Assembly (NCBI GenBank): GCA_963752035.1
Contig: CAVVWZ010000028.1
Location: 7,738-71,737, forward strand
Direction of reading: 5' to 3'
DNA from: an uncultured delta proteobacterium
GTDB lineage: Bacteria > Desulfobacterota > WTBG01
Length of the DNA: 64,000 nucleotides
Shown: one piece after another, positions 30,067 to 38,477 of the stretch
Layout: every line of letters starts with the position of its first letter
Position numbering within the stretch: position 1 is the first letter of the stretch
Program-made: the position numbers and the translations under genes
Notes under the pieces: model-generated
Told to the model about the DNA's origin: nothing
Database searches by the model: none
Seen by the model: only the letters and a program-made list of their open reading frames with translations

Positions 30067-30417
30067 ATGGAAGAGATGAAACAATGCCCGAGCTGTGCAG
30101 AATCTATAAAGTCCCAGGCAATTGTCTGCAGGTACTGTCAAACCAATTTAGCTTTTATAGCCAAGGACCAGAAAGGACGATTCGTTAAGGTGTGTTTAAA
30201 AGCACGGGATAAAACCTACTATGGTGAGATTTTTGTACCTGCGCATATCAGTAGGTTGAGTAACGTAATTAATGATCAGAGGCAGTTTATTGCACTTACC
30301 AACACACGGGAAGAGACAGAAACTACTGAGATAGAGATTGGTTTTCTTGCGGTTAATAAAAATGCGGTTGAGTGGATCCGCTTGCTGGGAGAGGACGCGG
30401 GTTCTTCACTGGACTGA
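30067..30417 (+). CDS. zinc-ribbon domain protein, unknown function
   Basis: N-terminal CPSC..x13..CRYC ribbon followed by a ~85-aa domain of unknown family. The track starts at TTG 30061, and the ATG at 30067 is more likely. Confidence 0.55.
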   Translation: MEEMKQCPSCAESIKSQAIVCRYCQTNLAFIAKDQKGRFVKVCLKARDKTYYGEIFVPAHISRLSNVINDQRQFIALTNTREETETTEIEIGFLAVNKNAVEWIRLLGEDAGSSLD

Positions 30418-30445
30418 GAGGTTTTACTCAATGAAGTTTTGCCAT

Positions 30446-30478
30446 AAAACACCACAGAATTGGTTCTGTGGTGTTTTT
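30446..30478. terminator. bidirectional Rho-independent terminator between convergent genes
   Basis: aaaacaccacagaa-ttgg-ttctgtggtgtttt is a perfect 14-bp stem with an A-run before it and a T-run after it. Confidence 0.7.
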
Positions 30479-30487
30479 ATTTTATTC

Positions 30488-30859
30488 TTATTGCTGTTGT
30501 TGCAGGGAATTTTTGACACAGGTGATAAATGCTTCATTGGTGCAAGGTTTTTCCAGTAAGGCATTTGCTCCCAATAATGACACATATTTTCTCACACTGT
30601 GTGATGCGATGCCAGTCAGTGCTATTATAGGTGTGTGTGGTGATTTGTCTTTAATCTCGTCTATGAGTGTAAACCCGTCTCCGTCTGGCATTGCCAGGTC
30701 AGTTATTACCAGATCAAAGGAGTGCTGTGTGAATTCTTCAAGGGCTTTCCTTCCACATTTCGCAGTAACTACAGGATATCCATTTTCCCCTAAGAGCATC
30801 GAATAAGTAGAAAGAATAAATCCTTCATCATCAACCAGTAAAATTTGTTTACCAAACAT
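30488..30859 (-). CDS. single-domain response regulator (CheY-like receiver)
   Basis: 123 aa: ILLVDDE.., LVITDLAMPDGDG, ..IIALTG.. Confidence 0.85.
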   Translation of the reverse strand: MFGKQILLVDDEGFILSTYSMLLGENGYPVVTAKCGRKALEEFTQHSFDLVITDLAMPDGDGFTLIDEIKDKSPHTPIIALTGIASHSVRKYVSLLGANALLEKPCTNEAFITCVKNSLQQQQ

Positions 30860-31199
30860 TGTTCCTCCTCACCAGGTTAGCAATTAAGAAAATTTCCCCA
30901 TCTAATAGTTTTGATGCTGAGTGATCAAGTATCTATTTATACAGTTATCGGTCAATGCAGGAGGAAACCTTAACAATTAGTTCAATTGGGGTTTACCCGC
31001 TGTAGTTACTATGATATGCTTTTGTAAACTGGTAAAGCACATAGTGTACAGAGGAAAAGAAATAGGGTGCCTTGATACTAGATGCTGGATACTGGATGAG
31101 ACAGAAGCCGAACATTGAACTTCAATGAAACGATGAGCCAAAAATCTGTCTTGCCCCATAGGGGATAGGGTGAGAAGACCTTCCGGCTCCTGTTTTTTT

Positions 31200-31266
31200 T
31201 AATTTTAGGCATTCTAGGCATTTTAGCTCACGTTAGGCAATTTTTTTCTGTGGTTTGCTTTTGACT
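31200..31266 (+). repeat. family-B intergenic repeat, copy B2
   Basis: taattttaggcattctaggcattttagctcacgttaggcaatttttttctgtggtttgcttttgact. It ends 18 nt before the ATG at 31284, with SD AAGGAGG in between. Confidence 0.75.
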
Positions 31267-31283
31267 AAAAAAGGAGGAAGACT

Positions 31284-31841
31284 ATGAAAACAATCAGACA
31301 ATTTGGTTCTATTGCCTTCGTGATGGGTCTGTTCACGCTGCTTTTTGTCGGGATGCCCTGGTACGTGACTGTTGTCGATGACCCGGTTATTCCCTGGTGG
31401 TTCAGACTGGCAATTTTCTCTCTTCTGGGTGGTATTCTCATCGTCTTATTGACACTGGCCCTTGAGCAGAGGAAAAACAAGATGCCATTGGAGGATTTTG
31501 AGGTTAGCGAAACCACGTCAAAAATTGTAGTGCTCAATACTCCTCAAGTTCCTGGCCGTGAGATCACCGAATTGTTGGGTCTGGTTCAGGGACATACTAT
31601 ATTTGCTATATGGCTCGGAAAAGATCTGTCAGCTATAGTTCGATTGATTCTGGGTGGTGAACTTACTGAATACACAGAGATGATGGGGAAGGCCCGTAAC
31701 GTAGCTATGAACAGGATGCTTACCAATGCAGAGGCAATAGGGGCAGATGCAGTCATCAATGTTCGTTATACAACCACAAGTGTTGTTGGAAGTGCGGCGG
31801 AACTTCTTGCTTACGGTACAGCTGTCAAACTTATTACATAG
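31284..31841 (+). CDS. membrane-anchored YbjQ/UPF0145 family protein
   Basis: Two N-terminal TM helices, then a YbjQ_1 pattern (..ITELLGLVQG.., GADAVINVRY.., AYGTAVKL). Confidence 0.75.
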   Translation: MKTIRQFGSIAFVMGLFTLLFVGMPWYVTVVDDPVIPWWFRLAIFSLLGGILIVLLTLALEQRKNKMPLEDFEVSETTSKIVVLNTPQVPGREITELLGLVQGHTIFAIWLGKDLSAIVRLILGGELTEYTEMMGKARNVAMNRMLTNAEAIGADAVINVRYTTTSVVGSAAELLAYGTAVKLIT

Positions 31842-31863
31842 ATTAGATTTTTAGGAGGGACCG

Positions 31864-32610
31864 ATGAACATTGCAGTGCTGGCTCCATGGACTGATCCAA
31901 CCGGGGAATTTGTCAAAACGTTTCGTGGCTTACTGACGAGCGAAGTTGATATGTCACATATTGAAATAGTTGCTCTTGATGAGCTGCCGGAGCCAGTCCT
32001 CTACAAAGCGGATATGCCACCAACGGCAAGCGGTTTAGACTCCCTACCGTTCAGCATTCCGGAAGTGATGAAAAAGGCTAAATCGCTAGAGATGGGGGGA
32101 GCTGACGCCATAGTTAATGCGTGTATTTTAGGGCCCGGTTCTTCCCAGGCTGCTCAAGTTGTGGATATTCCGGTGCTTGATCCCGGTGAGGTAGCCATGC
32201 ATGTGGCTTCAATGCTCGGCCGCAAGTTTTCACTGCTCGTTCCCGGAAAATCAGCTGTAAGAGGCTTTCAGGAAAATGTGAGAAAATATTACATGGAAGA
32301 CAGGTTAGCTTCCATACTCTTGACTGATATCAGCCCAGCAAGCTACACGGTAAAGGAAAGGGAAACTATGGAGGTTTTGCTAAGGTTATCTCTTAAAGCA
32401 ATTGAGGAAGATGACGCAGCGGTCATAATCTTATGTTGCGGTATGCTCACTGGAAAAGGAAGAGAGCTCAAGAAGATTTTAAAGGAAAAGGGACACGATG
32501 TTGCAGTACTACAACCTGTGCCACTCTCAATAGAATTTGCTAAAGTGCTCGTAACATTCAACCTAAAGCAAGTGCGATTAGTGCCCGCAGATTACAAACA
32601 CCGTTTTTGA
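31864..32610 (+). CDS. Asp/Glu/hydantoin racemase family protein
   Basis: 248 aa with two Cys-containing half-site motifs (GADAIVNACILGPG and AAVIILCCGMLTG), typical of this racemase fold. Confidence 0.6.
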   Translation: MNIAVLAPWTDPTGEFVKTFRGLLTSEVDMSHIEIVALDELPEPVLYKADMPPTASGLDSLPFSIPEVMKKAKSLEMGGADAIVNACILGPGSSQAAQVVDIPVLDPGEVAMHVASMLGRKFSLLVPGKSAVRGFQENVRKYYMEDRLASILLTDISPASYTVKERETMEVLLRLSLKAIEEDDAAVIILCCGMLTGKGRELKKILKEKGHDVAVLQPVPLSIEFAKVLVTFNLKQVRLVPADYKHRF

Positions 32611-32663
32611 ACATAGTACACCGTTTTGTTGATTTGTCCGGCTTTATTATTTCAGTATACCAG

Positions 32664-34079
32664 TTATGGGAGATATCCAAGAGATTTGAGACGATCCCGA
32701 AGCTTGTCGTCCAGCACCTCCGGAATGGTAAAATTATCCCCTTCAGACCGTGTGAAAATATTAAACAGGATTTTTTGCATCTGCATGGTGATGTCCTGTT
32801 CCGCGAGGGCAATATTAACCTGTTCAGATGGATCAGCTTGAAGATCATATAACTGATATGCTGGAGGCGGTGGTTTGGGAGGAGTATAGTTGCTCTTTAT
32901 TGCAGGACCGGTAACTGTAATGTACTTGTATCCCAGATGTCGAAGAAAACTCCGCTTGGGTCCTGTCTTTACTACTTCTCCATACGCAGTACGACCAGTA
33001 TTCTCCTCTTTCTTCATCAGCGGAAGTAGGCTTTTGCCGTTTGTAGTATATTCAATGGGAACATTTAGAAGTTCTGCGACAGTAGGCATAACATCCATAA
33101 GTCTGACTTGATGCGGAATTTTTTTTGCCGGGTAGGTTTTGCAGGGATTATAGATAATGAGAGGAACCATCAGTTGATTGTCGTGGTGTGAGTGGCCATG
33201 ATCAGCAATGTTTGCGGGGTAGTGTTCCCCAAACTCTTCACCATGGTCGCTAGTCACTACCACCAGGGTACTGTCACGCAAACCGATTTTCTCCAGAAAA
33301 GCCATAAAGGAACCCACATGACGGTCACTTTCCAGAATTCCTCCATCATAGAGTGCTTCTAAGTATTGAAGTTCAGGTTTACTTAAAGCCAGTTTACCTT
33401 GTCTGATCAGAGAAATCTGCTCATCGAAGAAATTTGATTTTATTTTTCCAGGGTCCAACCCTTCTGTAAAGGTTCTGCGGGTGTAGGGTAGATGAGGTTC
33501 ATAGGTGTGAATAAAAAGAAAAAACTTTTTTTGCCTATTGTCAGAAAGCCACTTTTGCGCCATCTGGAATGTCTTCTCAATACCACCAGCATGCTTATTA
33601 TCAATTGAATTGCTTGATTGAATGTGGACCTTTCCTTTCCCTTCAGAGTATTCTGAAAAACCCAGGTCGAATCCAAAATGGCGTGATACATAACCACCTT
33701 CTGTGAAAGCAGCGGTGGCGTATCCAGATTCTGCGATTGACTCGACCACAGACTGCTTAAGTCGTTTGTTAAAGATATCCGGTGTTAGCTGTTTGCTCGA
33801 AAAAATATTCGCTACAGAGGGAAGTGTCCACGGGGAGTAGCTGACGGTCTGTTCAAATAGAACACCTTCTTTAGCAAGCTGTGAAAGGTTAGGGGAGGTT
33901 TCTCTGCTGTAGCCATAACAGGAAAGATGATCTGCTCTTACTGTGTCAAGCAAAATGAACACTGCTCCGGTCAGCTCATTGGTTTGTGTCCGTGGGGGGG
34001 AACTATACCGCAGAAGAAGAATGCTGAGCACGAGGAACAGTGTTATCAAAGTAATTAGCAACTGCCATTTTCTTTTCAT
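32664..34079 (-). CDS. alkaline-phosphatase-superfamily 'sulfatase-like' hydrolase, membrane anchored (paralogue 1)
   Basis: 471 aa with an N-terminal TM helix, metal-site DTVRADHLSCYGY, nucleophile region SPWTLPSVANIFS (Thr where sulfatases have Cys/Ser), VVTSDHGEEF, and C-terminal ..RLKSLGYLP. Confidence 0.8.
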   Translation of the reverse strand: MKRKWQLLITLITLFLVLSILLLRYSSPPRTQTNELTGAVFILLDTVRADHLSCYGYSRETSPNLSQLAKEGVLFEQTVSYSPWTLPSVANIFSSKQLTPDIFNKRLKQSVVESIAESGYATAAFTEGGYVSRHFGFDLGFSEYSEGKGKVHIQSSNSIDNKHAGGIEKTFQMAQKWLSDNRQKKFFLFIHTYEPHLPYTRRTFTEGLDPGKIKSNFFDEQISLIRQGKLALSKPELQYLEALYDGGILESDRHVGSFMAFLEKIGLRDSTLVVVTSDHGEEFGEHYPANIADHGHSHHDNQLMVPLIIYNPCKTYPAKKIPHQVRLMDVMPTVAELLNVPIEYTTNGKSLLPLMKKEENTGRTAYGEVVKTGPKRSFLRHLGYKYITVTGPAIKSNYTPPKPPPPAYQLYDLQADPSEQVNIALAEQDITMQMQKILFNIFTRSEGDNFTIPEVLDDKLRDRLKSLGYLP

Positions 34080-34291
34080 TGAGCGAGAACTACCTCCACA
34101 GTATTAATTTTTTATTGAAGTCATTTTCTCAATGGGATTGAGACTTCTAACAAGAAAACTGCCGGACACTTAAAATTGTATACTACGGCAGCTGAATTTG
34201 TTCAAATTCTACTATAGCACTAGGTAGCTCCACGTATTTACTTCGGTAAGTGGAAGTAATTTTTATACATTCAGATAGAGATTTATCATGA

Positions 34292-34582
34292 TTGATTGAG
34301 TGGAGTCAAGGTAAAGTCCCGATGAACGAACTGTTGACAAAGACATTAAAAGAGGTTATAGATAAAAACCTTGATGAAAGCCCCTATGTATTTACCAGTC
34401 ACGGAACAGGTCTTTAGAGGTATAAATACGTTTTTAATAAGGCGGTTAGCAATATTTGGCTGGTGGGGTGCAGATTTCATGATCTAAGGTATGCAGGGTG
34501 TTCAAGGCCATGGGAATGGGTCATTGATGCTTCAAAGATTATGCAATCGGGAAGAAAATCACGCTTCACTCATTACATTTGA
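34292..34582 (+). pseudogene. tyrosine recombinase (phage integrase family) C-terminal remnant
   Basis: Translation ..GKVPMNELLTKTLKEV..SPYVFTSHGTGL*RYKYVFNKAV..RFHDLRYAG..IMQSGRKSRFTHYI*. It shows integrase box patterns (vPl, spyvF, fHDLRh, ..lGHks..T..Y) with an in-frame stop and a substituted LGH motif. No N-terminal domain. Confidence 0.5.
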
Positions 34583-34607
34583 CAACATCGCTAACATGCG
34601 ATAAAAT
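34579..34607 (+). promoter_or_regulatory. sigma-70-like promoter of tRNA-Ser(UGA)
   Basis: TTGACA, then a 17-nt spacer, then TAAAAT, ~17 nt upstream of the tRNA 5' end. Confidence 0.6.
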
Positions 34608-34624
34608 ATGAAAAATATGAGTGC

Positions 34625-34712
34625 GGAGGGATGGCCGAGTGGCTGAAGGCGGCGGTCTTGAAAACCGTTTCACGGCGACGTGACGTGGGTTCGAATCCTA
34701 CTCCCTCCGCCA
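34625..34712 (+). tRNA. tRNA-Ser (anticodon UGA), CCA encoded
   Basis: Acceptor GGAGGGA/TCCCTCC, anticodon loop cuUGAaa, long variable arm, T-loop GGTTCGAATCC, 3' GCCA. Confidence 0.95.
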
Positions 34713-34810
34713 CCAGTACATCCAGTTGCTGGTGTAGCAAAGTTGTACAGATTGTACTTTTTTTGGATTGAAATTTTGAGCAGTGTTAGGTAAAAACTTC
34801 ACGTTCTTGC

Positions 34811-34903
34811 GGAGAGATGGCCGAGCTGGTCGAAGGCGCTCGCCTGCTAAGCGAGTGTAGGGGGAAACTTCTACCGAGGGTTCGAATCCCTCTCTCTCCG
34901 CCA
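34811..34903 (+). tRNA. tRNA-Ser (anticodon GCU), CCA encoded
   Basis: Acceptor GGAGAGA/TCTCTCC, anticodon stem-loop ctcgc-cuGCUaa-gcgag, long variable arm, GGTTCGAATCC, 3' GCCA. A possible TTGAAA-17-TAAAAA promoter lies at ~34768..34796. Confidence 0.95.
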
Positions 34904-34924
34904 GTTTTTTTTCAAAACTATCGA

Positions 34925-34980
34925 AGGGGTCAAACCTACACATTTGACAAAAAAATGTCAAATGTGTAGGTTTGACCCCT
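34925..34980. repeat. 56-bp perfect palindrome (25-bp stem, A6 loop), possible bidirectional terminator
   Basis: aggggtcaaacctacacatttgaca-aaaaaa-tgtcaaatgtgtaggtttgacccct, between tRNA-Ser(GCU) and the 3' end of the convergent CPBP gene. Confidence 0.8.
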
Positions 34981-34988
34981 CCTTTTAT

Positions 34989-35600
34989 CTAGAAGAGTAG
35001 GCGGTATTGGAGGCCTGCACAGATGTGCATGATCCAGTTTACCATGAAGCTTCCCGATTTTTTGTAGCTGTAGGCAAAGAGGATGCCGAGAAAGGTAAAT
35101 ATGAAAAGAAACACTATCTTTCCCGGAAGGGGTTGTACCCAGGCAGTCCAGGTGGTTTGATAGAAGAGTGCATAGAGAAGGGAGGATATAATCAGCGGTT
35201 TCCACAAACCGTCCATGGATCGGTTCAGTGTGTTGAAGAGATAGCCCCGGAAGAAGAGTTCCATGGAGAAGGTGTGAAAGATGGCAAGGGGAAGCAGTTC
35301 CAATCTGCGGGGATCGAACCCCCCTTTATTTACCAGTCCCATGGTAACCCCAACACACAGGGCAAAAAGCATCCATTTACCGGGTAGTCCCCAGCCCAGT
35401 GCTGCAGGGGATGTCCCCCTGGTGAACCAGGGGATGGCAAGTGCGGCAAGCACCATGAACCCCCTCCTGCCGTAATACCAGAGAGAAGTGAGCTCCCGGC
35501 TGCTTTCTGCTTTTCCATAACCTAAGACGATACTGAAAAGAAATGACAGCACAAGCAGAAATGTGTAGGTAAGCAGTGCAGTACGAAGATCTTTTGTCAT
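34989..35600 (-). CDS. CPBP family intramembrane glutamic endopeptidase (CAAX protease-like)
   Basis: 203 aa, multi-TM. Motif 1 SMELFFRGYL and a later His motif (NWIMHICAG). Confidence 0.8.
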   Translation of the reverse strand: MTKDLRTALLTYTFLLVLSFLFSIVLGYGKAESSRELTSLWYYGRRGFMVLAALAIPWFTRGTSPAALGWGLPGKWMLFALCVGVTMGLVNKGGFDPRRLELLPLAIFHTFSMELFFRGYLFNTLNRSMDGLWKPLIISSLLYALFYQTTWTAWVQPLPGKIVFLFIFTFLGILFAYSYKKSGSFMVNWIMHICAGLQYRLLF

Positions 35601-35644
35601 GGGGAACCTCTCATTGAAGTAACAGAGAATTCAAACTTCTTTCT

Positions 35645-35712
35645 CACCGCAAAGACGCAGAGAGCGCAAAGGAAATACTATAGATATTTAATTCCTTTGC
35701 GTCTTTGCGGTG
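35645..35712. repeat. family-A element, short copy A3 (TIRs only)
   Basis: caccgcaaagacgcagagagcgcaaaggaa-atactatagatatttaa-ttcctttgcgtctttgcggtg. The arms are the same as A1/A2 and the core is missing. Confidence 0.75.
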
Positions 35713-35745
35713 AATTTAAATTCATGTACAATCTCTCATATCCTT

Positions 35746-38205
35746 TTATTTTAAGAAAGTTTTCAGGCGAATCGTTGATCCATCCGTTTCAATACTTATA
35801 GCACCATCCCGGTCTGTTCTCAACAGTTTACACCCCTGGTCCTGATACCGTTTAATGACGTTAGGATTGGGAAGGCGGAAGAGGTTATTATAGCCTACAC
35901 TCAGGATTGCAATCGATGGGCGTACCGCTTTGAGAAAGGGGAGCGAGCTGGAGGTTTTACTGCCGTGGTGAGGAACTTTGAGAATGGTGCTCTCAAGATT
36001 TTGATTCCTCTCCATGAGCTCTCCTTCTGCTGATTCATAAATGTCCCCTGTGAAGAGGATACTTATATCCCTGTAGACAAGTCGCAGGACAAGTGAATGG
36101 TTATTGATCAGTACATGGGAACGCTTTGCCCTTCCAGATACAGCGACTGGAGGGGGATGGAGCACTTCGATTTTCACATCTCCGATTGTTCTGCTCGGTT
36201 GCCCACCTGCAATAATTAGTTTCCTGATTCCCTTTTCTGCGATACTCTCTTCAAATGCTTCGAAGGCTTCACTTGAGACAACTTCTCCACTGGTCCACAC
36301 CTCTTTTACTGTAAAGCTACTGATCAAAGACACCAGTCCATTTAAGTGGTCGGGGTGGGGATGAGAGAGGACCACAATGTCTATCTCTTTTATCTTCTTG
36401 TTCCAGAGTAGCGGGGCTACTACCTTTTCTCCGATGTCAAAACTGCTTCTACTAAATCCACCCCCGTCAATAAGCATGGTTTTGCCATGAGGAAGCTGAA
36501 GCAGGCTTGCTTCACCCTGACCTACATCGATGGCTGTGATGCGTAAAAGCGGGCTGAGCCTTAGTTGATAGTACCAGAAGCTCTGATCTGCAATGAGGGC
36601 TACCGATATGAGTAAAAACCCCCATCGTGCCATTTTTACTTTTCCCAGCTGAATGATACAAATAATTCCCGTGTAAAAGAGAACGATCTCGAGCAGGGTA
36701 GGGGTGGTTGTCCGAAAATCGGCGTAGGGTAGTGTAGAAAAGAATTCTACTATGGCCAGTGACAGTGTGATGAGTGCTTGCATGAGATAGGTACCACAGA
36801 TGGCTAATGGTTGAAAAAGAAATACGGAGAACGCGGTAATGAGGCCCAGCGGTACGATCAGAAAGCCCACAAGAGGGATAATGAGAAGGTTGGTGACTAA
36901 TCCCCAGGGAGTGAGTCGGTTAAAGTAAAGGCAAACGATGGGAGCTGTCCCGATCATTGCTGCGGTAGTGATGATGAGAAAGAGTACAATTCTCCTAGCT
37001 GTGTCTTTCCACCAGGGAGTTGCAGGTTCAAGGGGGTCATGGGTGTGCTGGAACAGAAGTGATGAACATGGTGGCGCTATAGAGAGGATTGCCATGACTG
37101 AGACGAAGGAGAGCTGGAAGGAAATATCAAAGAGTGCAGCGGGTGAAAAGATGAGGATTAACAAGGCGGCAAGAGAGAGGGTATTCCACAAATCATCCCG
37201 CCTGTCGATAATAATAGAAATGAGATAGGTGGTGACCATAATAGTTGCCCGTACCGTTGCTATCTGGCTGCCCGCAATAAAGCAGTAGGCTGTTACCGGT
37301 AGCAGCGTAATAAATGCAGCAACTTTCGAGATATCGGTTGCAAGCATTATCCATGTTGAACATTTGAGCAGATTTTTTACCAGCCAGAAACTGGCCAGGG
37401 CTATAATACCGATGTGCAGGCCGGAGATGGCCAGGATATGGGCAACACCGGTTGCTGCAAATTGTTCCCTCATCTCTCGTGCTATTCCGCCTTTGTCTCC
37501 CAGAATCAACGCATTGGCAATCGAAAGCTCTGGCTCAGGGAGGTGAGAATCCAGGAAATATCTTATTCTGTTCCGATAGCTTTGAAGGTGTGTAAAAAGG
37601 ATGTGTGGATTGTTTTTCTGTACCCGGACAATGGTTGCTTCGTCCTGCAGAGAGGCAATAACCCGAATCCCCTTGAGGGCGAGATATCGTTGGTAGTTAA
37701 AACCGCCTGGATTGTTGAAGTTTCTGGGAAACCGGATTTTTGCAAAAAAGCGTATTCTGTCCCCGAAAAAGAAAGAAGTAGATTTTTGTTTAATGCTTAA
37801 AAGCATCTTCCCGGTTATGCGGGATACTTTGTCGCGTTGAGCAATTGTTTCCATAGTAAGGTAAAGCCTGGTTTTATCAAACCTGATCTCAGGGTTTTTG
37901 CAGATGACCCCTTCTAAAACAACTTTTTCCCCGGTGACATAGTGTGCAATGTGAGTTGGGGCCAGATGTTCGGTCAGGATATTCCTAATGGCCAGCATGC
38001 CGAGCAGATTGATTAGAACGATGGTTATGATAAAAGAGGTTCTTTTTTTCTTAAAGATAAGAGTGATGGTTAGAAAAATGAGCAATACAAGCACAGCCAC
38101 AAAAAGTCTAAACGGTGGAATCGTGCAGTAGGAACCTGTGAGTATACCGGAGAGGTAGGACAGCAGTATTGGAATCAGAGGGCGTTGGATGATTGGATTG
38201 TCCAT
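35746..38205 (-). CDS. comEC: DNA internalization-related competence protein ComEC/Rec2
   Basis: OB-like N-domain, polytopic competence domain, and C-terminal metallo-beta-lactamase domain (VLSHPHPDHLNG). Start moved to MDNPIIQ.. (track start 38283). Confidence 0.9.
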   Translation of the reverse strand: MDNPIIQRPLIPILLSYLSGILTGSYCTIPPFRLFVAVLVLLIFLTITLIFKKKRTSFIITIVLINLLGMLAIRNILTEHLAPTHIAHYVTGEKVVLEGVICKNPEIRFDKTRLYLTMETIAQRDKVSRITGKMLLSIKQKSTSFFFGDRIRFFAKIRFPRNFNNPGGFNYQRYLALKGIRVIASLQDEATIVRVQKNNPHILFTHLQSYRNRIRYFLDSHLPEPELSIANALILGDKGGIAREMREQFAATGVAHILAISGLHIGIIALASFWLVKNLLKCSTWIMLATDISKVAAFITLLPVTAYCFIAGSQIATVRATIMVTTYLISIIIDRRDDLWNTLSLAALLILIFSPAALFDISFQLSFVSVMAILSIAPPCSSLLFQHTHDPLEPATPWWKDTARRIVLFLIITTAAMIGTAPIVCLYFNRLTPWGLVTNLLIIPLVGFLIVPLGLITAFSVFLFQPLAICGTYLMQALITLSLAIVEFFSTLPYADFRTTTPTLLEIVLFYTGIICIIQLGKVKMARWGFLLISVALIADQSFWYYQLRLSPLLRITAIDVGQGEASLLQLPHGKTMLIDGGGFSRSSFDIGEKVVAPLLWNKKIKEIDIVVLSHPHPDHLNGLVSLISSFTVKEVWTSGEVVSSEAFEAFEESIAEKGIRKLIIAGGQPSRTIGDVKIEVLHPPPVAVSGRAKRSHVLINNHSLVLRLVYRDISILFTGDIYESAEGELMERNQNLESTILKVPHHGSKTSSSLPFLKAVRPSIAILSVGYNNLFRLPNPNVIKRYQDQGCKLLRTDRDGAISIETDGSTIRLKTFLK

Positions 38206-38477
38206 AACTATCACTTCTAAGCGATAACAGTCTGGCAAAATGGTTGGAATAGGGTTTGGTGTAGGGGTAATGGGAAAGCTCATAAAGGTGCTTTTACCGG
38301 TAGTGAAATAGCAAGACCTGTACCAGTTTCTGAGAAGTATTGTTAATTAATTGTGCTGTTTCCCGGGCACCCTGGTTTAATAAGCTTCGCATGTATCCGG
38401 GCAGGCAAGGCGGGGCTTTCTCAACACCTGCCGGTAAAGATATTATACAGTTGATTATTTTAGTGGTTCTCTCTATA

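Noticed and set aside
32558-32852. Cluster of small overlapping ORFs (71-96 aa) on both strands.
   Set aside because: They overlap the 3' end of the sulfatase-like gene and the racemase gene end. No independent support.
35007-35387. 126-aa plus-strand ORF.
   Set aside because: It is antisense to the CPBP protease gene, which carries the family motifs.
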